A stretch of DNA of 58,765 nucleotides from Candidatus Eiseniibacteriota bacterium (lineage in GTDB: Bacteria > Eisenbacteria > RBG-16-71-46 > DASYSL01), in the NCBI GenBank assembly GCA_031413115.1, contig JANOEH010000089.1, forward strand, positions 1 through 58,765, in the 5' to 3' direction. Position 1 is the first letter of the stretch. Each line of letters opens with the position of its first letter. Shown here one piece after another: positions 39,261-47,999 of this stretch. The position numbers and the translations under genes were made by a program. The notes below the pieces were generated by a model, which had not been told where the DNA came from, did no database searches, and saw only the letters and a list, made by a program, of their open reading frames with translations.

Positions 39261-40693
39261 CCCCGTCTCCCGGCGTTGCCCGCGCCCACGAGGGCGGCGG
39301 CATTGGCGCGCGCTCCCGGCTCGCGCCGGAGGAAGCGGCCTGCCCCGCGTTCGACCTTGAGATCCCCGTTCGCGTACTGCACGCGCCCGGCCGCCACGAC
39401 GTACGACGGCGAGCCCGTCACCTTCACGCCCTCGAACATGTTGCGATCCGACTTCGACTGGTGCGTCTTCGCCGAGATCGTGCGCTCGCCCTCGGGGTTC
39501 CACACCACGAGGTCGGCGTCGGCGCCCGCGGCGACCAGGCCCTTGCGTCCCATCAGGCCGAAGATCCGCGCCGGCGCGGCCGAACACAGTTCGACCATGC
39601 GCTCGAGCGAGATGCGCCCGGTCTTCACGCCGAACGTGTACAGGAGCGCCAGCCGTTCCTCGACGCCGGCCGCCCCGTTCGGGATCTTCGTGAAGTCGTC
39701 GATGCCCATGCGCTTCTGCTCCATGGTGAACGGGCAGTGATCCGTCCCCATGGTCGCGAGCAGCCCGTCCTGCACGTGGGCCCACAGCGCGTCCTGGTGG
39801 CCGCCCGCGCGCGGCCGGATCGGCGGCGACATGACGCAGGTCGAGCCCTCGAAGTCGGGCTGCTCGTAGACCGAGTCGTCGAGCAGCAGGTACTGCGGAC
39901 AGGTCTCGCCGTAGCAATGCTGGCCGTCGGCCTTGGCGCGGGCCAGCGCCTCGACCGCCTCGCGCGCCGACATGTGGACGATGTAGACGGTCGCACCCGT
40001 CAGCCGCCCGATCATGAGCGCGCGCCCGGTGGCCTCGCCCTCGACCGACGAGGGCCGCGAGATCGCGTGATACCTGGGCGCGGTGTTCCCCGCGGCGATC
40101 AGCTCGCGCTGGCGGTGGGCGATCGAGTCGCCGTGCTCGGCGTGCACCGTGACGACCGCGCCCAGCTCGCCCGCGCGCTTCATCATGCGGTAGAGCTCGT
40201 CGTCGTCGACCATGATCGCGCCCTTGTAGGCCATGAACAGCTTGAACGAGGTGATGCCCTCGTCCTCGACCACGATGCGCATCTCCTCGGCCGTCCTGTC
40301 GTTCCAGCCGTTGACGCTCATGTGATAGGTGTAATCCGCGACGGCGCGCTTCGACTTCTCGTGCCACTCGGCGAGGCCGACCAGCAGTGAGCGTTCGCGG
40401 CCGGGGATGACGAGGTCGATGACCGTGGTCGTGCCACCGGCCATCGCTGCGGCGGTGCCGTACTCGAAGTCGTCGGACGAGACCGTTCCCATGAACGGCA
40501 GCGCCAGGTGGACGTGCGGGTCGACGCCACCCGGCAGCACGAACTGCCCGCTCGCGTCGATCACCTCGTCCTTGGCCGACGCCTTCTCCAGGTTCATTCC
40601 CAGCGCGACGATCTTCCCGTCCTGGCACAGCACGTCGGACTGCGTGCGGCCGCCCGCGTTGACGACCGTCCCGTTCTTGATCAGCACGCCCAT
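39257..40693 (-). CDS. hydA: Dihydropyrimidinase
   Basis: PGGVDPHVH, SFKLFMAYKG, VHAEHG, SPPIR, GTDHCPF, IPNG. Confidence 0.95.
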   Translation of the reverse strand: MGVLIKNGTVVNAGGRTQSDVLCQDGKIVALGMNLEKASAKDEVIDASGQFVLPGGVDPHVHLALPFMGTVSSDDFEYGTAAAMAGGTTTVIDLVIPGRERSLLVGLAEWHEKSKRAVADYTYHMSVNGWNDRTAEEMRIVVEDEGITSFKLFMAYKGAIMVDDDELYRMMKRAGELGAVVTVHAEHGDSIAHRQRELIAAGNTAPRYHAISRPSSVEGEATGRALMIGRLTGATVYIVHMSAREAVEALARAKADGQHCYGETCPQYLLLDDSVYEQPDFEGSTCVMSPPIRPRAGGHQDALWAHVQDGLLATMGTDHCPFTMEQKRMGIDDFTKIPNGAAGVEERLALLYTFGVKTGRISLERMVELCSAAPARIFGLMGRKGLVAAGADADLVVWNPEGERTISAKTHQSKSDRNMFEGVKVTGSPSYVVAAGRVQYANGDLKVERGAGRFLRREPGARANAAALVGAGNAGRRG

Positions 40694-40725
40694 GGCGATT
40701 CTCTCCCGGGTCCGAAGAACTGCGG

Positions 40726-41592
40726 CTAGATCGCGGTCAGGCCGGCGTACGTCTCGGGCCGGCGATCGCGGTAGAACTGCCAGATGCGACGCACGTCCTC
40801 GATCACGTCGAGGTCCATCGTGGCGACGACCAGTTCGTCCTTGTCCTCGCTCGCCTGCGCGAGAAACGCGCCGCGCGGGTCGACGAAGTACGAGCTGCCG
40901 TAGAACTTGCCGATGTTCCACGGTCCCTCGGTGCCGACGCGGTTGCTGGCGCCCACGTAGTAGCCGTTGGCCACGGCATGCGCCGGCTGTTCCAGCTTCC
41001 ACAGATACTGCGAGAGCCCCGCAACCGTGGCGCTCGGGTTGAACACGATTTCCGCTCCATTCAGACCAAGGAGCCGTGCGCCCTCGGGGAAGTGGCGGTC
41101 ATAGCAGATGTAGACGCCGATCTTCGCATAGCGCGTCTGGAACACCGGGTAGCCCAGGTTGCCGGGACGGAAGTAGTACTTCTCCCAGAAGCCCGACGTC
41201 TGCGGGATGTGGTTCTTCCGGTACTTGCCCAGGTACGTCCCGTCGGCGTCGTACACCGCGGCGGTGTTGTAGTAGACGCCCGCCTGCTCGCGCTCGTAGA
41301 CCGGCACGACGACGGCCATCTCGTACTTCTTCGCCGCGTCGGCGATGATCTGCGTCGTCGGTCCGGGCACGGGCTCGGCCGCCGCGTACCAGCGCGGATC
41401 CTGCCCCGGGCAGAAGTACGGGCCGTTGAAGATCTCCTGCAGGCACAGCACCTGCACGCCCTTCTTGCCGGCCTCCTCGACGAATGCCAGGTGCTTCTCG
41501 AGCGCCGCCTGCTGGATCTTCGCGACCGGCTGCGACTCGTCGTTGATCGGGTTGCTGCACTGGATCAGCCCACCGGTGACCATGCGCGGCAT
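40726..41592 (-). CDS. Beta-ureidopropionase (nitrilase superfamily)
   Basis: Catalytic E-K-C motifs CLQEIF, KYRKNHIP, ICYDRHFPE; operon context. Confidence 0.9.
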   Translation of the reverse strand: MPRMVTGGLIQCSNPINDESQPVAKIQQAALEKHLAFVEEAGKKGVQVLCLQEIFNGPYFCPGQDPRWYAAAEPVPGPTTQIIADAAKKYEMAVVVPVYEREQAGVYYNTAAVYDADGTYLGKYRKNHIPQTSGFWEKYYFRPGNLGYPVFQTRYAKIGVYICYDRHFPEGARLLGLNGAEIVFNPSATVAGLSQYLWKLEQPAHAVANGYYVGASNRVGTEGPWNIGKFYGSSYFVDPRGAFLAQASEDKDELVVATMDLDVIEDVRRIWQFYRDRRPETYAGLTAI

Positions 41593-41634
41593 CGAGCGTT
41601 CTCCCGCGGTGAAAGAAACGTGCCGACTGCGGTT

Positions 41635-43098
41635 CTAGAGCCAGCGGCTGATGACGACCTTCTTGTCGGTGTAGAAATCGACGCACTCGCGGCCGTGGGC
41701 CTTGGTGTCGCCGAAGAACGAAGCCTTCGAACCGCCGAACGGGAACATCGCCATGGGTGCGGCGACGCCGATGTTCACGCCGAGCATCGCCGGCGCGACG
41801 CGGTGCCGGTACTCGCGCGCCCACTTGCCGCTCGAGGTGAAGATGCTCGAGGCGTTGCCCTGCGGATGCGCGTTCACGATCTCGCACGCGGCGTCGAAGT
41901 CCTTCGCCTTGAGCAGGCACAGCACGGGGCCGAAGATCTCCTCGTTGGCGATCGTCATGTCGGGCGTGACCCCGTCGAAGATGCAGGGCCCGATCCAGTT
42001 GCCCCCGTCGTGCCCGGGCACCTTGACGTCGCGCCCGTCGAGGATGAGCTTCGCCCCCTCGGCGATTCCCTTGTCGATGTGGGCGAGGATCCGGTCCCTG
42101 TGCTCGCGCGTGATCACCGGGCCCATGGTCACGCCGGGCTCGAGCCCGTTGCCCACCTTGATCGCCCGGGCGTGGGCGAGCAGCCCCGCGCGCACCCGGT
42201 CATAGGCGTCGCCCACCGCGATCACCGCGCTGTTGGCGAGACAGCGCTCGCCGGCGCAGCCGAACGCCGACTCCGACGAGATCTCGCACGCCGTGTCCAT
42301 CACCGCGTCGGGCATGACCAGCGTGAAATTCTTGGCGCCGCCCAGCGCCTGCACGCGCTTGCCGCGCTCGGCGGCGCGCTTGTAGACGTAGTGCGCCACC
42401 GGCGTCGAGCCGACGAACGACACGCCCGCGATGTCCGGATGATCGAGGATCGCGTCGACGGCCGCATGCCCGCCGTTGACCAGGTTGATGACGCCCGGCG
42501 GCAGGCCGCACTCGGACATCACCTCGAAGATGATCTGCTGCGACAGCGGCACGCGCTCGCTCGGCTTGACCACGAACGTGTTGCCCAGCGCGACGGCATG
42601 CGGCAGGAACCACAGCGGGACCATGGCGGGAAAGTTGAACGGCGCGATCGCGGCAAACACGCCCAGTGGCTGGCGGATGGTCTCGCAATCGATGCCGGTC
42701 GAGATATCCTCGAGCGTGGAGCCCTGCATGGTCACCGGCACGGAGCAGGCCATCTCGATGTTCTCGATGCCGCGGCGCACGCTGCCGCGCGCCTCGTCGA
42801 GCGTCTTGCCGTGTTCGAGCGTGACGATGCGCGCGATGTCGTCGACCCGCGCGTCCATCGCCAGCTTCATCCTGTAGAAGTAGCGGGCGCGCTGGACGAC
42901 CGGCGTGCGGCGCCAGGCCGGGAACGCCTCGCGCGCGGCCTGGACGGCGGCGGCGACCTCGGCCGCCCCGCCCATGGGGACCCGGGCGAGCAGGTCGCCG
43001 GTGGCGGGGTTCCTGACATCGGCGTGGGTGGCGGTGTTCGGCTCCACCCAGCGCCCGCCCACGTAGTCGCGGACGGAATGCAGCGCGGTCGTGGCCAT
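41635..43098 (-). CDS. mmsA: CoA-acylating (methyl)malonate-semialdehyde dehydrogenase
   Basis: PFNFPAMVPLW, SFVGST, GKRVQALGGAKN, FGCAGERC, EEIFGP; AAGGAG SD. Confidence 0.93.
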   Translation of the reverse strand: MATTALHSVRDYVGGRWVEPNTATHADVRNPATGDLLARVPMGGAAEVAAAVQAAREAFPAWRRTPVVQRARYFYRMKLAMDARVDDIARIVTLEHGKTLDEARGSVRRGIENIEMACSVPVTMQGSTLEDISTGIDCETIRQPLGVFAAIAPFNFPAMVPLWFLPHAVALGNTFVVKPSERVPLSQQIIFEVMSECGLPPGVINLVNGGHAAVDAILDHPDIAGVSFVGSTPVAHYVYKRAAERGKRVQALGGAKNFTLVMPDAVMDTACEISSESAFGCAGERCLANSAVIAVGDAYDRVRAGLLAHARAIKVGNGLEPGVTMGPVITREHRDRILAHIDKGIAEGAKLILDGRDVKVPGHDGGNWIGPCIFDGVTPDMTIANEEIFGPVLCLLKAKDFDAACEIVNAHPQGNASSIFTSSGKWAREYRHRVAPAMLGVNIGVAAPMAMFPFGGSKASFFGDTKAHGRECVDFYTDKKVVISRWL

Positions 43099-43197
43099 GC
43101 CTTCTCCTTGCGGTCGATCCAGCAAGTCGGGGCTCACGGGCCACGCATCTCGCGGAGGGTGCGAGCGGACGGCGTTCGGAACGTCGATTCGCGCGGG

Positions 43198-43206
43198 AGC
43201 ATAGCA
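43198..43206 (-). promoter_or_regulatory. Putative extended -10 promoter of the pyrimidine catabolism operon
   Basis: TG-C-TATGCT on the minus strand about 100 bp upstream of mmsA. Confidence 0.4.
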
Positions 43207-43231
43207 CGGGTTGCCGCCGGCGCATCCCCTT

Positions 43232-44611
43232 CTATCGCAGCGCTTTCGCCTCGAGTCGGAGCAGCCGGGGCGGCTCCAGCCGGGCGCCGGGCCGCCGGAC
43301 GCCGTCTTCGCCGTACTTCTCCCACTGCGAGTTGGCGACGTAGATCAGTCCGTCTCCCTGCCGCGCCAGCAGCGTCGGCTCGTCGGCGAGCTCGAAGTTG
43401 CGGTCGACCTCGCGCACGGCGCGGACCCCGATCGGCGCCCCCGCGGCGTCGCGGGACAGCTCGATTCGTACGACGCGCGGCGGCACGATGCCGTTCTGCA
43501 CCGCGACCAGGCCGTCCTCCCAGGCGACGAGCCCATCGAGCCCCAGCGCGGTGCCACCGTCCGTCGGCCCCGGCAGCCATCTCACGCGCCCGCTCGCGCA
43601 ATCGATCGCGGCCAGGCCGTGCGAGTAGTCGGCCACGAACAGGCTCTTCTGGTCGGCCGACATCGCCTGGCCCTGCAGCGAGCGAAAGCCCGGATCGGTC
43701 GCCCAGGCGGTGACCGCGCCGTCGCGCAGACGCCAGATCGCAGGGTGCACGCTGTCCGAGACGTAGACGTCGCCGTCGGCGGCGACGCAGACGTCGCCCG
43801 GCACGTGCCCCTCCGCGGTCGCGGGCAGCTCGTGGCGCGCTCGCGGGGCTCCGCTCGCGAGGTCGAACGCGAGCAGCGCGGCGCGGCCGCTGTCCGCGAT
43901 CGCGTAGCGCGCATGCTGCGGCATCGCCGCGGTCGTGACCCACAGGAGCCCGCGCGGCGCGTCGACGGCGACCGCGAGCGCGGACCACGGCACGTCGACA
44001 CCGGCGCGCACGAAGTCGCCGAACTTGCCGCTGCCGAAAACCACGACGCGCCCGTCGCGCACGCCGGCGATGAACGTGCGCCCCGTCGCCGGATCGAACG
44101 CAATCCCTTCGGGCCACAGCGCCGAGTCCGCCGCCGGGCAGACCAGGGCGACCTGGCTCCGCGGCCGCGACAAGGCGTTCGCCTCGACCCGCGCCAGCGC
44201 CGCGTCGGCGCCGGCGGCGCGTCCCGCGTCCGAGCGGGCGAAGCGGAAGAGCGTGGTGTCCCGCGCCAGGTCCGGCCCCGCCCCCAGGGCCGCGAGCTCT
44301 TCGAGGCCGCGGGCGCACGTCGCACCGTCGCCGGCCAGCGCGGCCATCGAGGCGAGTCCGTAGGCATAGACCCATGGTCCAGGCCAGGCCGCGTGGGCCC
44401 GGGCGGCGAGTGCAGTCGCGTCCGCGTAGCGCTTCTCGGAACGGGCGGCGCGCGCCTCGCGCCAGGCATCGCGCGCCACGGCGGCCGATTCGGCCGGCGC
44501 GTAGGCGGCGGAGGACGCGGCGGAGGCAAGCCTGGAGACGGGAAGTGCGGCGAGCGACACGGCGAACAGGGCGGCGAGAACCGCGGGACGGGGACTCCGG
44601 GGCGGGCGCAT
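43232..44611 (-). CDS. Secreted SMP-30/gluconolactonase-like beta-propeller with N-terminal helical region
   Basis: Signal peptide; WPEGIAFD, GDVYVSDS, RSLQG, LFVADY, GLDGL, VQNG, YVANSQW. Confidence 0.8.
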   Translation of the reverse strand: MRPPRSPRPAVLAALFAVSLAALPVSRLASAASSAAYAPAESAAVARDAWREARAARSEKRYADATALAARAHAAWPGPWVYAYGLASMAALAGDGATCARGLEELAALGAGPDLARDTTLFRFARSDAGRAAGADAALARVEANALSRPRSQVALVCPAADSALWPEGIAFDPATGRTFIAGVRDGRVVVFGSGKFGDFVRAGVDVPWSALAVAVDAPRGLLWVTTAAMPQHARYAIADSGRAALLAFDLASGAPRARHELPATAEGHVPGDVCVAADGDVYVSDSVHPAIWRLRDGAVTAWATDPGFRSLQGQAMSADQKSLFVADYSHGLAAIDCASGRVRWLPGPTDGGTALGLDGLVAWEDGLVAVQNGIVPPRVVRIELSRDAAGAPIGVRAVREVDRNFELADEPTLLARQGDGLIYVANSQWEKYGEDGVRRPGARLEPPRLLRLEAKALR

Positions 44612-44660
44612 GGCCGGAGTCTACCGCTGCGGCGCGCCCGAGGCGAGCGGGCGGAGAAGA

Positions 44661-44692
44661 AGGCGGCCCGGGGATTGCTCCCCGGGCCGCCT
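44661..44692 (-). terminator. Intrinsic terminator of the peptidase operon
   Basis: Perfect 14-bp stem AGGCGGCCCGGGGA-GCAA-TCCCCGGGCCGCCT followed by TCTTCT. Confidence 0.75.
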
Positions 44693-44735
44693 GAATCCGG
44701 ACGCCACGCGGCACGAAGGCCGCGGATGCCCTGCG

Positions 44736-46685
44736 TCAGTCGATCACGACCACCGTCTTCGACACGGACGCCCCGCCCTGCGACAGGCGCAGGAAGTAGG
44801 TGCCGGCCGGGAGCGAGCGATCGCCGTCGAGACTCACGACGTGCCGGCCCGGGGCGAAGCCGGACAGGTCGGCCGAGCGCACAATGCGACCGGCGACGCT
44901 CACCAGGTCGAGGCGCGCACGCGACACGCCCGGCAGGGTGAACGCGACGCTCATGTTGCGACCGACGGCCGGGTTCGGCTGCGCGCCTTCCAGCGCGAGC
45001 GCGACTTCGGCGCCCGGCGTGGTGACCCACACGATGTCCGACGTCGTCGTCTCGCCGTTGCCGCGGCCGACCAGTCGATAGCCGTAATCAACGCCCGGCT
45101 CGACCGTGTCGTCCTCGAGGATGAGCACGCTCTCGCCCAGCAGCACGGGATCCGCGATCGTCGTCCACTGGTCGTCCCGCTCGGTGCGCTCGGCCGTCCA
45201 GGCGAGTTCCGAGGCTCCGGCGGCGAACCACTCGATCCGCACGCCCTCGCTGCCGGCATTGATGTAGCCCGGCGCGATGTCGATCGACGTCGCGGCATCG
45301 AGCCAACCGATGTCCGCGAAGTGGTTGATCGTCAGGTCGACGGTCGACGACAGGTTGCCGTTGATCGCCGGCTCCATCAGGAGGTTGGGCTCGGCGGACG
45401 TGTCCCAGTGCGACACCGACGAGCCACCGACCAGCGTCGTCGGAGCGTACATGAGCACGCGGTTGCCGAATGTGCCGCCGGCGAGTCGCGTCGGGTCGAC
45501 GAGCAGCGTCGCCGTCTGGCCGACCAGGTTCGCCTTGAGCAGGTTGCCGTCCGCCTGGGTGACGCGCACCGCCGGAATGGTGATCGTCGCATCGGCGCCG
45601 CCGAGACCGGCCGGTGGGCAGCCCGCCGCGTTGTCGGCGATGATGACGCCGATCGCGCCGGCATCCTGCGCGTTCTTCACCTTGACGGTGAAGCCGCAGA
45701 GACCGCGGTTGATCAGGGCGATGTTGCCGGCGAGGGCCGCGGCGTTCACCGGGGGAGCCTCGCAGCCGTCGTTGATCGGCACCACGGCGTCCTCGTAGAG
45801 GACGACGTTGCCGGTCACCGATCCGGCGCTGAGCGGCGGGCCGAAGCTCGCCGTGCCGACTTCGTAGTAGCCCGCGACGGCCGGGGGCGACGCCACCAGC
45901 AGCTGTGGCTTCGCGCCAAGCACGAGTCCGGACGACGAGCGCACGCTCGGTCCGTCCCACGACAGCTTCTGGCAGTTGATCGCCGAGGCGACACGCTGCG
46001 GATCCGTCATCTCGTTCCAGTGCAGGCCATTCGAAATGTCGAACAGGAACCGGTCGTAGATGGACGGGAATCCAGCCAGGTAGACGCCCGTCGAGCGGTT
46101 CGTCACGGTGCTGAATCCGAGCCCGTGTCCGAGTTCATGGAGCACGACCGGAAGCAGTTCGATCGCCGCGCCCTCGTTGCCGTCGAGCCCGTAGTACCAG
46201 GTGAACGGGCAGCCGGCGAGCGTTCCCAGGTTCGAGTTGAACTGGGCGTTGATGTCGTTGGTCGTCACGTCCAGATCTGCACCCGCGAGGCGATTGGCGA
46301 GCGCGGTGTGATACCACGTGCCCGCGAACGGCGCGTTGGGGAAATCACGGAAGACCTGGATGGGTCCCGCGCTGCCGAGGACCGCCCCCGACGCCGTGCA
46401 GGTCTGGGGATTGAACGCGGCCTGCACCTGGATGGTGACGGCGCTCGGGACGAGCGAGCCCCAGATGTTCGCCGCGTGCTGGAAGACGATCAGGCGCTGC
46501 TGGCCGAGCGTCACGCCGGCGTTGCCGCCGACCGGGGCGACCACGGTGGGATCGTTGAATCCCTCGCCGGCGCCGTCGGAATTGACGATGACGATCGTCG
46601 CAGCCTGCGCGGGCGCGGCCGCCAGGGCGCCGACCACGGCGACCGCGGCCAGGAGACGGAGGAATCGATCGTTCACGAGGTGCAT
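44736..46685 (-). CDS. Secreted zinc metallopeptidase with inserted PA domain and C-terminal T9SS/FlgD-like domain
   Basis: Signal peptide ending AQA; HELGHGLGF zincin motif; PA domain (IALINRGLCGFTVKVKNAQDAGA); SHWD...LMEP; PNP...GTYFLRL tail. Confidence 0.9.
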   Translation of the reverse strand: MHLVNDRFLRLLAAVAVVGALAAAPAQAATIVIVNSDGAGEGFNDPTVVAPVGGNAGVTLGQQRLIVFQHAANIWGSLVPSAVTIQVQAAFNPQTCTASGAVLGSAGPIQVFRDFPNAPFAGTWYHTALANRLAGADLDVTTNDINAQFNSNLGTLAGCPFTWYYGLDGNEGAAIELLPVVLHELGHGLGFSTVTNRSTGVYLAGFPSIYDRFLFDISNGLHWNEMTDPQRVASAINCQKLSWDGPSVRSSSGLVLGAKPQLLVASPPAVAGYYEVGTASFGPPLSAGSVTGNVVLYEDAVVPINDGCEAPPVNAAALAGNIALINRGLCGFTVKVKNAQDAGAIGVIIADNAAGCPPAGLGGADATITIPAVRVTQADGNLLKANLVGQTATLLVDPTRLAGGTFGNRVLMYAPTTLVGGSSVSHWDTSAEPNLLMEPAINGNLSSTVDLTINHFADIGWLDAATSIDIAPGYINAGSEGVRIEWFAAGASELAWTAERTERDDQWTTIADPVLLGESVLILEDDTVEPGVDYGYRLVGRGNGETTTSDIVWVTTPGAEVALALEGAQPNPAVGRNMSVAFTLPGVSRARLDLVSVAGRIVRSADLSGFAPGRHVVSLDGDRSLPAGTYFLRLSQGGASVSKTVVVID

Positions 46686-46687
46686 GG

Positions 46688-47218
46688 TTATTCCTCCTCG
46701 AGAGCGGTCGGGGCCGTCTGCGCATATTCGAGATCGGCGGGGTGATCGATGCAGCCGAACGTCACCTTGCCGTCGACGGAGCGACGGACGATCGCGTACT
46801 CCTGGAAGCTCTCATCCAGTTCGACGCTGACCGTGCCGTTGGCATGGATGACCGGGACGAGGCCATCCGCAGTGCGCGAGGCGGCGGCACCCTCGTGGAG
46901 CTTGAACTCTTCGAGCTGGGCATCCGTGGGCATACCCACGGATCCGGTTTCGGGATCGATGGCGATGATCATGCCGGCGGAACCCGGAACCACGCCAGGG
47001 GCGGGATCCGCCGCGATCGTCCGCGCGGCGGGTGCGACGGCGAGCGGCGTGGCGACGACAGGCGACGCGATCACGGCCGGAGCCGGCGCGGTCGCGGGAT
47101 CCGGCGTCGCAGCGGCGACGACGGGAGGTGCAGTGGCCGGCGTCTGCGCGAGCGCGAGCGCGAACGCCCCCGCCAGTGCAGCCGTCGAACCAACGGAAAT
47201 CCATCCCTTACGGGTCAT
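46688..47218 (-). CDS. Small secreted partner protein (resembles the 'post-PEP-CTERM-1' family)
   Basis: Signal peptide, P/A linker, GMIIAIDPETG...DGL...NGTVSVEL...DGKVTFGC; ends 2 bp before the peptidase start. Confidence 0.75.
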   Translation of the reverse strand: MTRKGWISVGSTAALAGAFALALAQTPATAPPVVAAATPDPATAPAPAVIASPVVATPLAVAPAARTIAADPAPGVVPGSAGMIIAIDPETGSVGMPTDAQLEEFKLHEGAAASRTADGLVPVIHANGTVSVELDESFQEYAIVRRSVDGKVTFGCIDHPADLEYAQTAPTALEEE

Positions 47219-47352
47219 CAGAATTCCCATTTCGGTGGGCACAGCCGAGAAGGACAGCAGGGTGGAGCCGCCGGGTCGCGTCGCCCCAGAATGCGATCAT
47301 AGAGAGGGCGCCGCGGGGGAGCCCGAATGTCGGGGCAACCGGCGTGCGAAAC

Positions 47353-47380
47353 AGAATAGTCGACCCTTGCGGAAAGTCAA
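47353..47380 (-). promoter_or_regulatory. Putative sigma70 promoter for the partner/peptidase operon
   Basis: TTGACT-N16-TATTCT on the minus strand. Confidence 0.55.
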
Positions 47381-47672
47381 GCGGGAGCCAGCCGATGCGG
47401 ATGCCAGCCGAACGGCGAGGATGTGCGCCCGGGAGCGCGCACCCTTGCGTTTCAATCGAGAACAACGATCCGGTCGTGGAGCACGCGCTCGCACCGGGCA
47501 ACGCCAGCTCGAACGCCGCCCCCGCGGGGCCGGTCGTGCCGCGACCGTCGCCAGCGCCGCGAGAGCCGAGGCGAGAAGGCGGGTGCGATGGAGCGTGGCG
47601 CGGTCTCCCGAATGCTGGACGCCCGCCCGAATTGGACGGGTCCACCGGTGAGATCGGCCGCCCGGCCCGGCA

Positions 47673-47999
47673 TCACACCCGGCGGCGGAGCCTCGCGCGA
47701 TGGGCCTTCAGGTCGACCCGCCCGGCGCGGGTGAAGCGCACGCCCTCGCGCTCGAGCCGCATCCGCTGGGTGAGGGCAGCATGCGCGGCGAAGCGACCGA
47801 CCGAGAGCACGCCCCCCGCCCCGACGACTCGATGCCAGGGAACGATCGCGGCCATCGCCTCGGGGGCATCCCTCAGCACGCGCCCGACCAGCCGGGCCCG
47901 GCCCGGCAGGCCCGCCGCCGTCGCCACGTCACCGTAGGTCGCGACCCGGCCGCGCGGGATCGCGCGCACCGCCGAAAGCACCGCGGCCGCGTGGCACAT
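47673..47999 (-). CDS. atl: Alkyltransferase-like protein (ATL/YbaZ type, MGMT family)
   Basis: IPRGRVATYGDVA...RLVG...PWHRV (Trp replaces the catalytic Cys); TGATG overlap with the ALDH gene. Confidence 0.85.
   Translation of the reverse strand: MCHAAAVLSAVRAIPRGRVATYGDVATAAGLPGRARLVGRVLRDAPEAMAAIVPWHRVVGAGGVLSVGRFAAHAALTQRMRLEREGVRFTRAGRVDLKAHRARLRRRV

Noticed and set aside
37935-40628. Apparent 897-aa aminotransferase fusion
   Set aside because: The N-terminal half is an off-frame overlap of hydA. The real start is ATG 39260.
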